64,000 nt of DNA from Saccharolobus islandicus REY15A. GTDB lineage: Archaea; Thermoproteota; Thermoprotei_A; Sulfolobales; Sulfolobaceae. Position numbers and translations under genes: made by a program. The notes below the pieces were generated by a model, which did no database searches, was not told the origin of the DNA, and worked only from the letters and a program-made list of their open reading frames with translations. Shown here one piece after another: positions 10,093-18,945 of this stretch (positions within the stretch are counted from its first letter, which is position 1; every line of letters starts with the position of its first letter). The stretch lies in assembly GCF_000189555.1 (NCBI RefSeq), contig NC_017276.1; one strand, given 5' to 3'.

Positions 10093-10471
10093 GAAAAGAT
10101 CTACTGACTCTGTAAGTATCTACTATATTATTTTTCCTTGAATATCTACTTAAAAATTCAGTATACCAAAACTGTAAGCTAAACTCGTCCATTCCTATTA
10201 TTGTCTTCCCTAGCTCATTAATCCTCTTTGCATAAACTTTCCTAATGGCTTGTCTCACACCACCATAAACTATCATAATTTTAAACAGTCTTTCGTTCTC
10301 AGTCCTTATAGTTTTTTTAGTCCTCTTATATTCCAAATTAACGTTCTTGAGAATAATATCATAAATTTCACTTAAGCTCACATTAGCCTTAAACACTCGT
10401 GAGCTATTACTGTCTCTTACGATGTAATAATAAATCCTATTAGAGACAGTTTCTCTTATGAGATACTCCAC
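10076..10471 (-). CDS. Small protein of the DUF499 operon (positional and possibly structural counterpart of DUF3780)
   Basis: Coupled between the DUF499 and helicase genes; C-terminal MDEFSLQFWY...RSFRDLY. Confidence 0.55.
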   Translation of the reverse strand: MEYLIRETVSNRIYYYIVRDSNSSRVFKANVSLSEIYDIILKNVNLEYKRTKKTIRTENERLFKIMIVYGGVRQAIRKVYAKRINELGKTIIGMDEFSLQFWYTEFLSRYSRKNNIVDTYRVSRSFRDLYE

Positions 10472-10472
10472 C

Positions 10473-13400
10473 TTAACACACCTTAACTCTTACTTTTATA
10501 ATCCCCTTATTAATCAACTCGTTAATTTCCTCGACTTTATTTATACCCTTAATTTCCTCGACTTTTATCCTAAGCGAGCCAGAAATTTTAGGCTTTAAAC
10601 CTAACAAGCTTAATATGGGATTTATGAAATTAATGAAATCGAGAATATTAGACCCTGAAGGTCTAACACTTACTGAGATCTTCTTATTAGGGTCTTCTAC
10701 GTTGATTTCACCTGCCAAGCCTTTTTTACCGATTACTGATGAGTTTAACTTCATAATCACAGTCTTTATATCACTCATATCTATTATATCGATTTCGGAA
10801 ATCCTTGAATCTCTATTAACTTGATCTACAACCTTCTCACACTCACTCTGCCTTAACCTAGTGACTATCTCAACCCTCTTCTCCTTATTATCATATCTTG
10901 CACTTACAATAGTTATACCGTCTTGATTTAACGTAATCTTCAGAGTAGTCTGGAAATCTGGGATTCCTTCTTTTACGTCTAATTCTCCATAGCTACTATT
11001 TAAGTATACCTTAGAGTTGAAATTACCTACTTTCTTCACCATTATTTTAACTTCCTTTATTTCACCCGGTAATCCTTCTATCTCTTTAGGTTCAGCATAT
11101 AACTCTATACCGGTCTCTAGAGTTTCCTCAACGAGTTTAATCTCTCCTGCATTAAATTTAACAAACCAATTTTCATCTTCTTTAAGTTCTCTTAAAGGTA
11201 CTCTTGTACCATCGGGTAATTCTAATACATAATACCTCTTGATTACTTTATCATCTTCCTCTATGGTTTTCTCTTGCGAGACTAATTCGTTAATCTCTTT
11301 ATCTGCAGCTTCATTAGCCGGTAAGATTATTGAAGATTCATCAACTACTATTTCTCCCATACTTTCATATTTCTTATAATAAACTTTCCCCTTAGTCATA
11401 ACGCCTATTTCTAACTTCTCCACACCGTTGCGTATAGCGTTATAAATTGCAGAATCAGTAACAAAAGGTAAAGAAGGATTAGTGTAAAATATCTCCCTTA
11501 AGTCCTTAACAGAAAATGACTTCTTAGTTATATCAATTCCTAAGTTACTTAATAACGTTACTAATACATCGAAATCGAAATTTTCTTCACGATATATTTT
11601 ACCCTCATCAATTAACGTGCTTTCGACTTGCTGGAGCAACGTCTTTTCTCCACTTTTTAATTCTACTATTCTAACCTCGTTATTCCCAATGGGGTAGGCT
11701 ACTTTATCAAAATATTGAAATATTTGATTATATATGGCATTCTCTAAGCTATTTAAATATTCACGTAATATTTTCCCCGCATATTCTCTTGAGATTTTAT
11801 CATTATAATAAGGTGTTACATCGATATTGGAGCAGGAAATATGCTTCCTCATATAATCTTCTATTTTATCCCTATTAGACCCTGTGGATGAAAATAGTAA
11901 CGTTATAGTATTAGAATATCTTCTCAAGCCTTCTGTCTTCCCAGAAGGTACATAATATAATATTCTCCTCGCAACTTCTTCAGAAGCTTTAAATATCTCG
12001 TTGACATCCTTACAATCTTGGCACAGCGGCTTACTTAATATTACAACGTAATACGACGGTTCATCGACGTTAACTAATTCATTTTTATTTCTGAGTATAG
12101 TTCTGTATAATTTTAGTAAAAGCCCGCTGATAGTTTTTTTACCCTTCTTTTGCACATTGTCTATCGGAGTTTCGGCTAATTCGAGCATAATATTATCTAA
12201 CCTATCCTCTACCTCAGCTTGCGGTACCTTACTAGCGTCTTTTTCACATATGGTTTTAGGGTCTAAGAAATAAGTAACCCAATATCTTCCCTTATCATTC
12301 ATAATATATGGAATAATCATGTCAACGTTCTTCGAATTACTACTAATGCTCCCTAAAATCTCCTTTACATCGGATGGGAGCCTACCTATTAAGTTGAGGT
12401 ATTCTGGATCAAGCACTGAAGTAATTATTTCCTTATCATCAGGTAATGCAGAAGCGAGTTGACCCGCGTCTAACCCTAACTGGTGATAGTATGTTGTGAT
12501 AAATATGTAATTAGCTAATAAGAATACTATTTCCAATCCCTTAGACCTCTGAATAATTGTATCTGCAACTGTACCGTAATTCTTGAAATCCTTCAGTAGT
12601 AAATCGTGTATCTGAGGATTTTTTATACTTAAGTCCGATGGTAAAATTAAACTCCTTGTAGGTTTAGAGTTCCATAAGTCCCTTATTACATACCTAGTTA
12701 TCTTTATACCTTCACGAGTACCTTGAAGGTGAGTGTTCCCTTCTAATAACTTCTTTAATGTCTCAATATAAAGTGGATGAAAAGGATAAGTCCTCACAAC
12801 ATCTTGGGCTATAGCAACGTTAACGTAGTCTTTATACTGATCAGTTAACTTCTGATATTTACCTACTACATTACTCTTAACAGTCTCATTTACTTCCTTG
12901 AATATTCTCTTTATTAATACATTAGCTAAATCTGTAGAGGTCTCTATAGGTGCCCTAAATGCTTTACCGCTCCTTTCTAACCTTTTAGCTAATGCCTTTA
13001 TAACCTCAGGCTCATACTCCGACTCAATATACTCTATAATATCTTGTTTATTAGAAGAAGTAGTAATTTTAGCTGGAATTGTAGCTACTAACACTACTGG
13101 CAAATTAACGCCCATTGATGCTAAAGCTTCGAGAAATAGTAAACATTGCTCATAATACTCTTTATATCTGTACTTTAATCTTAAAAGGTAATAAGCTATC
13201 TCATCTAACAAGATAAGAACTTTTTCCCCTTTAAACAAATTCTCAAGATCATCTTTCTGCGGAGCTATCATATCCTCGTCTAATTTCCTAACTATTTCAT
13301 ATTTTCCAAGTTTTTTGGCAATATAACCCCATAAGGTCTTTATTTCAACGTTATCCTCCTTTAAAGGATTTACCGGTGATGGTGCAGTTCTACTATCCTT

Positions 13401-13769
13401 ACCCCCTATACCTATTACTTTAACACCTTCTAAAACGTTAAGCCCGTATTCCTTCACTAGTTTTGGATTATTGAAAGTGTGATACAGTAAGAGTAAAGTA
13501 TGTGTTTTACCGCCTCCGAATAAGGAATATATCGTTATAGTAATCCCTTTACCTTGGCTCAAGGCATTTGTTATCTCGTTGACTAAAATCCTCATGGAGT
13601 CAGTTATATACGTAACAGAGAAGAATTCTTTAGGGTCTAAATAAATTTGTGGTGCATTCCCAACTATAACATCACTGAGTTCAGGAGCCATTTGATCATC
13701 CAGGCTTGGATTAAATACGTCATCTCTAACCTTGTTCTCATAAATTAAGTTAGAAATTGGGTTAGCCAT
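10473..13769 (-). CDS. DUF499-family AAA+ ATPase
   Basis: FGGGKTHTL Walker A, ILLDEI Walker B, YPFHP and TREGIKI motifs; typical neighbour of DUF1156 genes. Confidence 0.85.
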   Translation of the reverse strand: MANPISNLIYENKVRDDVFNPSLDDQMAPELSDVIVGNAPQIYLDPKEFFSVTYITDSMRILVNEITNALSQGKGITITIYSLFGGGKTHTLLLLYHTFNNPKLVKEYGLNVLEGVKVIGIGGKDSRTAPSPVNPLKEDNVEIKTLWGYIAKKLGKYEIVRKLDEDMIAPQKDDLENLFKGEKVLILLDEIAYYLLRLKYRYKEYYEQCLLFLEALASMGVNLPVVLVATIPAKITTSSNKQDIIEYIESEYEPEVIKALAKRLERSGKAFRAPIETSTDLANVLIKRIFKEVNETVKSNVVGKYQKLTDQYKDYVNVAIAQDVVRTYPFHPLYIETLKKLLEGNTHLQGTREGIKITRYVIRDLWNSKPTRSLILPSDLSIKNPQIHDLLLKDFKNYGTVADTIIQRSKGLEIVFLLANYIFITTYYHQLGLDAGQLASALPDDKEIITSVLDPEYLNLIGRLPSDVKEILGSISSNSKNVDMIIPYIMNDKGRYWVTYFLDPKTICEKDASKVPQAEVEDRLDNIMLELAETPIDNVQKKGKKTISGLLLKLYRTILRNKNELVNVDEPSYYVVILSKPLCQDCKDVNEIFKASEEVARRILYYVPSGKTEGLRRYSNTITLLFSSTGSNRDKIEDYMRKHISCSNIDVTPYYNDKISREYAGKILREYLNSLENAIYNQIFQYFDKVAYPIGNNEVRIVELKSGEKTLLQQVESTLIDEGKIYREENFDFDVLVTLLSNLGIDITKKSFSVKDLREIFYTNPSLPFVTDSAIYNAIRNGVEKLEIGVMTKGKVYYKKYESMGEIVVDESSIILPANEAADKEINELVSQEKTIEEDDKVIKRYYVLELPDGTRVPLRELKEDENWFVKFNAGEIKLVEETLETGIELYAEPKEIEGLPGEIKEVKIMVKKVGNFNSKVYLNSSYGELDVKEGIPDFQTTLKITLNQDGITIVSARYDNKEKRVEIVTRLRQSECEKVVDQVNRDSRISEIDIIDMSDIKTVIMKLNSSVIGKKGLAGEINVEDPNKKISVSVRPSGSNILDFINFINPILSLLGLKPKISGSLRIKVEEIKGINKVEEINELINKGIIKVRVKVC

Positions 13770-16563
13770 TTAACCACCTCTCTATGCCTAATTTATCTCC
13801 AGACAAACGTTTAGAGGGTTCCTTCTCTATATCTTTATCTGGTAACACCCTCGCAAAAATCTTTGCCATAGCTAAAGCCTCGTCTACGAAACGAGTCCTT
13901 TCTCTGAGCTTCTCAATTTCGTCCTTAAGCTTATCGGAATGCTTCAAGGAGACATATTCAAGGTAGTGGAACACTTGAACGGGATTAGAGAAGTTGTAAT
14001 TCCCTTGAAGGGCCATTTTTACATCTGGAAGCTGTTCTAATGCACTAATTGCGTCATCGCCTTGATTAGGTTCTACTAATGCTATTGCGCCTTTTGCGTC
14101 CGTAACTCTAATAATTCCTTTGTACTGTAGATCTTGAATATCTAAACTTCCAGATGAGATATTTAGAAACACCATGCTATTATTATCTAACATCCTCACT
14201 CCCTTATTAGGCGGTGGAATTAGAAGCTTTACTAAAACATAGTAAACTGCGTAAGGATCTGAAATCCTCACTCCCATTCCCTTAGATAACCCTTCGATTA
14301 ATGCTTGTGCAGTTGTTGGAAACACATAGTTCTTGATTAAGTCTTCAACTGCATTTAACCCTTCCCCTCTTAAGCCTAAAATTTTTTCATACTGGGTAAA
14401 CACACTAAGGACTTTCCCTAAAACCTCTATGTAAGTATCAATGGAGAGTTTAAGTTTCTGATTGCTTAGCATGTTTGATACCCATTCCGACACTTTAGAA
14501 ATAGCTTCTTTTCTAACCTCTTGAATTAACTTAGTACCTTCTGCCCTCTTTCTCCATACTATGACTATAGATTTATCTAAGGAAATAACAGTAGACATTG
14601 CTGTTAATCTTGTCTCATCTTCTGTCGTTATTGCATGGGTGGCAGTTATTCTGAACTTTGAAACATACCAGCCCGCATAGATTAGAGATATCCACGCGTC
14701 TGGTGATGTATGGTTATAGAAAGTCACCAGTATTCCGTTTTCTTTTAAAAAGTCAGCGAGCTTTTCGAATGCTTGTGCGAGCTTATCTCGGAAATATTCA
14801 TAAGTACCGACATTATCTCCAAATACCTTTTCTCTTCCTTCACTGACTCCTATATCTTTAGGCACTAGTTCCTCCCATTGGGTACTATAAGGAAATGGGA
14901 TTATTCTTTTTAACCATACATAATAGAAATCACTTAATTCTGGATAAGCAACATCATCTGCATATGGCGGATCAGTAATGATAACGTCTACTTTTTCGTT
15001 TAAAGTCAATTCATTGACATCACTATTCATTATCTCGATCTTAGAGCCACTGTTAGTCTGTATTAAATATTCTAGTCCTTCTATTACATGATCTAAACTC
15101 CTAGATAAGGAACCTATTATATCAGCCAAAGGAGATATTTCTACCCTGTTCCATGCAAATGCGATACCTCTAAAGGCTAGAGCGGAAGCAACAAATTTTC
15201 TGGTAGACTCAACTGACGTTAAGAAGCAATTATGTCTTATATGATTTAGAAGGGCTATAGTTAGATATGTTATTATTGCCTCTTTATATTCCTCATCTCC
15301 TTTTATCTTTTCCCTAAGCTCGTTCAGTTTAGTAATAATTTTAGAGAATATTATCAACTGCCTTGCACTAAATAATTTATAGAACTTGTCCCCGCCCCAC
15401 GTAAAAGTTGTAATATCTCTTGTTATATTAGGCACTCTTTCTGTAGGTATATTTGTAATATCGATATCCCTTAATTTTTCAAAACTATTCCAGAACTTCT
15501 CCGTGTCTTCTTTATTAATTTCTTCAAACTCCAGATCCTTTCCTCCTCCCTTGAATTTAACTAAGAGTGCTGGTCTCGCTTTGGCGTTTTGCAGTTCTTC
15601 TATACTAATTTCTCCATTTAGGTATTTCTCGTATTTCTCGTTCCAATCCCTTATCGCCTCCTTAACATACCACTTGTCTCCCTTACCGGGCAAAACGCTA
15701 TTGCAGAATAAGCATTTAGCATAACTATTTCTCGCTCTAACATTCCCCTCTGGGACGCGGTATTCCTTGCCGTCAACTATTAATTTGTCCTTAGTCTTTT
15801 TCGCAGATATACTCTTCCTATTAAGTTCTTTATTTAGGTCAATAACCTTTATTCTTAATTGCTTACCATTAACTTCTGGATTCATGAAAACCAGTCTTTT
15901 AAAACTACCAGATTTGACTTCCCCTTCACTCTCTTCCTCCTCTTCCTCATCACTACTTCCTTTTAATTCTAATAGCCACCACTTGTAGACTAAAGGAGTA
16001 TAATTTCCGCAGTGTGGACACTTTACCTCCCATGTACCTACAAAACCAGTATAATCGCCATATAATTCTTTAACATCATCTTCCAGACTTTTTATTAGCT
16101 CTTCACCGTATTTCTTAACGTCTTCAATTAACTTTACTCCATATTTAGGATACTCAAGAACAGCCTTTAAAAACGCATATGCTGTAGGCAATAACTCAGA
16201 GGCAATAACTTTACCAACTTTTAACCTTTTCGCCTCGAGCGGAATTGAACCAAACCCAGCAAAAGGGTCTAAAAGTGTAAAGTTTTTAAATTCGTCATTT
16301 ACTATGGGTTGAGATTTATGTGGGAGATGTTCTGATAGTCTAATGATCATCTTGAACTTATCAAGTGGGTAATTTTCTGGGAGTAATGCTGCAGCAGTAA
16401 ATGCCCTTGCTGAAATTAAAGGTTTTCTAGTCCACCAGAATATCATTTCCCAATAGACCGGTCTACCTGGGCCCTTTTCCTTTTCAGCTTTTTTATCTAT
16501 TTCCGGTACTATATCTCCAAAAGCATCACTTTCGATTAACCGCCTTTCTATATTTTGAGACAT
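13762..16563 (-). CDS. DUF1156 adenine-specific DNA methyltransferase with Zn ribbon
   Basis: FWWTRKPLISAR N-terminus, motif I DPFAGFGSIP, motif IV TDPPY, CPHC and CLFC knuckles. Confidence 0.9.
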   Translation of the reverse strand: MSQNIERRLIESDAFGDIVPEIDKKAEKEKGPGRPVYWEMIFWWTRKPLISARAFTAAALLPENYPLDKFKMIIRLSEHLPHKSQPIVNDEFKNFTLLDPFAGFGSIPLEAKRLKVGKVIASELLPTAYAFLKAVLEYPKYGVKLIEDVKKYGEELIKSLEDDVKELYGDYTGFVGTWEVKCPHCGNYTPLVYKWWLLELKGSSDEEEEEESEGEVKSGSFKRLVFMNPEVNGKQLRIKVIDLNKELNRKSISAKKTKDKLIVDGKEYRVPEGNVRARNSYAKCLFCNSVLPGKGDKWYVKEAIRDWNEKYEKYLNGEISIEELQNAKARPALLVKFKGGGKDLEFEEINKEDTEKFWNSFEKLRDIDITNIPTERVPNITRDITTFTWGGDKFYKLFSARQLIIFSKIITKLNELREKIKGDEEYKEAIITYLTIALLNHIRHNCFLTSVESTRKFVASALAFRGIAFAWNRVEISPLADIIGSLSRSLDHVIEGLEYLIQTNSGSKIEIMNSDVNELTLNEKVDVIITDPPYADDVAYPELSDFYYVWLKRIIPFPYSTQWEELVPKDIGVSEGREKVFGDNVGTYEYFRDKLAQAFEKLADFLKENGILVTFYNHTSPDAWISLIYAGWYVSKFRITATHAITTEDETRLTAMSTVISLDKSIVIVWRKRAEGTKLIQEVRKEAISKVSEWVSNMLSNQKLKLSIDTYIEVLGKVLSVFTQYEKILGLRGEGLNAVEDLIKNYVFPTTAQALIEGLSKGMGVRISDPYAVYYVLVKLLIPPPNKGVRMLDNNSMVFLNISSGSLDIQDLQYKGIIRVTDAKGAIALVEPNQGDDAISALEQLPDVKMALQGNYNFSNPVQVFHYLEYVSLKHSDKLKDEIEKLRERTRFVDEALAMAKIFARVLPDKDIEKEPSKRLSGDKLGIERWLNG

Positions 16564-16659
16564 CTTATGTCATAAACATCTATACACTTTTTTAAGCTTT
16601 ATCATATTGTTCCCATAAATTGTTTCATTTAATTAGGGAAAAACGCTTTGCCAAAAGAT

Positions 16660-16955
16660 AGTCTGACCTCCTTTTAGTCAAGTCTATGCAATACAGATCT
16701 TAATAGGGTGTAGGCTTTTGACCTCACTGAGTGTAAAACCGGTCAAGGAGCTTAGCCTCATCTAGCCGGAAGTTGGGCTTAAAGCCTGAATAAGTAAATT
16801 TGGAGGCCCCGGTTGCTGGAATAGATGTATCAAGAGCAAGCTAGTAGTGTATTTTCAAGCCAAATTTTATGAGTTTACTAATAATAGGCAAGAGTTTGAG
16901 GGGATAAGAAAGATTTTACCTAAGGGTTGTAAAAGTGTATCGAGAGTGTCGCCAT
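16660..16955 (+). mobile_element. Degraded 5' fragment of an IS110-family element (ISC1190-like)
   Basis: From 16800: LEAPVAGIDVSR, frameshift, KLVVYFQAKFYEFTNNRQEFEGIRKILPKGCK, the IS110 GIDVS RuvC-like start. Left boundary approximate. Confidence 0.7.
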
Positions 16956-17025
16956 TAACCTAATTTATATTCGTATAACGAGTATTACTACCTAGGCGTT
17001 CTAGATATATTTGAAAACAAGTTTT

Positions 17026-17226
17026 TTAACTCTTTTTCATTTTTTCTAGTTTACTTCTTATTTCACTTATTAGAATCTGAATATTCTCTTTTGCTATTTC
17101 ATCACTCCTAAAAGGACTTAGCACTGTTTCCTTATCTGGTCCATTATATTGGTAATCATGGATAGCTAAAGCTAATTTTGTTACTAGGTTTACGTCTTTT
17201 CCTAAAATTAACGATAATTCCTCCAT
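17026..17226 (-). pseudogene. PaREP1-family C-terminal fragment
   Basis: LAIHDYQYNGPD motif; only 66 aa. Confidence 0.5.
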
Positions 17227-17303
17227 GTAGGATGTTGGAGCTAACTAATATGTTTTATATACGTCAGGTAGATAATAATATTAGGAAGGATTCAAAATAT
17301 ATC

Positions 17304-17774
17304 ATGATGGAGGAGCTAATAAAGAAGGCTGAGGAGAAAGGGATAAACGTTGAGGATTTAATAATTTCAGCTTTATCTAGAGAAGACCCTCAAGAAGGAA
17401 TAAAACTTAGATTGACTTTAGCTGAAAAGTACATGAAAGAGGCTGAAGAATACCTAACTAAAGGTGACGTAGTTCAATCTTCAGAAAAAGCTTATAAGGT
17501 AGCTGAGGAGATAGTCAAGGCCTTTGCTGAGAAGTTTAATTTAGCTGAATATCAGCAGGCAGTAAAGGAAGATAGGTGGCATACTTACACTTTAGCAAAT
17601 GCTGCAGCAAAACTTTCCTCAAGATTAGGTGATTGGATTAAAACTGGGTGGAATTCGGCTTATACACTTCACGTATGGGGATTTCATGAAGCTAAGTTAG
17701 ATATGGATAGTGTAAAAAACTTATTACAAGACATTAAAAGAATGCTAGAAGAAAGTAAAAAGATATTATCTTAG
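17304..17774 (+). CDS. PaREP1-family protein
   Basis: GDVVQSSEKAYKVAEE and LHVWGFHE motifs. Start moved to ATG 17304 by comparison with the paralogue at 33694. Confidence 0.85.
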   Translation: MMEELIKKAEEKGINVEDLIISALSREDPQEGIKLRLTLAEKYMKEAEEYLTKGDVVQSSEKAYKVAEEIVKAFAEKFNLAEYQQAVKEDRWHTYTLANAAAKLSSRLGDWIKTGWNSAYTLHVWGFHEAKLDMDSVKNLLQDIKRMLEESKKILS

Positions 17775-18000
17775 TTTATAATATATTTTTACGATTAATA
17801 CGAAAGACTCTAAATAATTTATATAGTTGAATAAATTTATATTATAATAGTTGTGAAGATTAATAAATCTTTTAAAGTCTAGTAGAAATAATTTGGCTCC
17901 CTAACTGAGATGTGATGTAGCTAGCGGAAGTTTGGCTTTCCAAGGATAGGAGTGAGATGAAAGTGTAAGGACAAACGTAGGAATGTAATAATAACATTAA

Positions 18001-18945
18001 TTAGCTTAATATCTTTCTTAACGCTAACTTGCAAAGACTCATAAGGGTGTTATATCCTATTTTTTCATACTTAGAAAACCTATATCGCAAATCGTTTTTA
18101 ATCTCATTTTTAATAAAATCAATAATACTTCTCTTGACTATACTACCCTCTAAAATAGCCGTTAGCATCTCTTTTCTTTTAGTATTAGCAATATCGAATC
18201 CTAAGCTTATCTTATCCACCTTACCCATTGCAACATAATCGCTTATGTTATCAAGGAAATTATCTAAAGCTTCATCTGGAATTAAGATAGGAGATAATGC
18301 TAAGTAATATTCTTCTTCAATACTTGTATCCACTTTATAATCATCAACTTCAAGCTTAGCTATTCTATTTTCTCCTCCAAAATTCACTATTTTACCGTTT
18401 ATTTTATCACTTATCGCATCATTATCTATGAATATCACGTAATTAACCTCCTTCTTAAATGCTAAATATCTAGCTGAGTAAAGGTAATGTTCTTTAACAG
18501 TTCTGGTACTTTTATCTATACTTATTCCTATCCTATCTTGATGATTTATGATCTGGAATAGTTTATTTTTATCATAAAAAAGTTCATAAATCCCCTTCTC
18601 CCGTCGTTCGTACTCTTTTTCTAGCAAAGTGGGTAGATTTATAAGGTGTTGTTGGTCTACTAAAGCTAAATGATTGCCCATTCTGAGAGGAAATAAATAC
18701 TCTCCATTAGTCTCTATGAAAGTTCCATAAATAGTAGCTAGTAAATTCGTTAAGTCCGATAACCAGTCCCCAGTCCCAGAACTCTTGTTAAATAATATAT
18801 AACCTAACATTCCGGCAATTGTAGAAGGCCTTGGTATTATTAAAGACTGTGCTGCAGTATGGGAACCGGTAATTAAGGGCTCAAATTCCCCCTGGCTTCT
18901 AAACATTAACGGTTCTAACGGTTTTATTAACACTCTCTTCATCAC
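18001..18945 (-). CDS. cmr3: Type III-B CRISPR subunit Cmr3
   Basis: IKPLEPLMFR, PRPSTIAG, RIGISID...KEHYLYS, FGGENR; directly after cas10. Confidence 0.92.
   Translation of the reverse strand: MMKRVLIKPLEPLMFRSQGEFEPLITGSHTAAQSLIIPRPSTIAGMLGYILFNKSSGTGDWLSDLTNLLATIYGTFIETNGEYLFPLRMGNHLALVDQQHLINLPTLLEKEYERREKGIYELFYDKNKLFQIINHQDRIGISIDKSTRTVKEHYLYSARYLAFKKEVNYVIFIDNDAISDKINGKIVNFGGENRIAKLEVDDYKVDTSIEEEYYLALSPILIPDEALDNFLDNISDYVAMGKVDKISLGFDIANTKRKEMLTAILEGSIVKRSIIDFIKNEIKNDLRYRFSKYEKIGYNTLMSLCKLALRKILS

Noticed and set aside
4515-16563. Labelling the operon BREX or DISARM
   Set aside because: No PglZ phosphatase, BrxC/PglY, DUF1998 or PLD gene is present; the content fits the DUF499/DUF1156 class instead.
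17178-17303. N-terminal extension of the PaREP1 ORF in the track
   Set aside because: It overlaps the opposite-strand fragment and is absent from the paralogue; ATG 17304 is more plausible.
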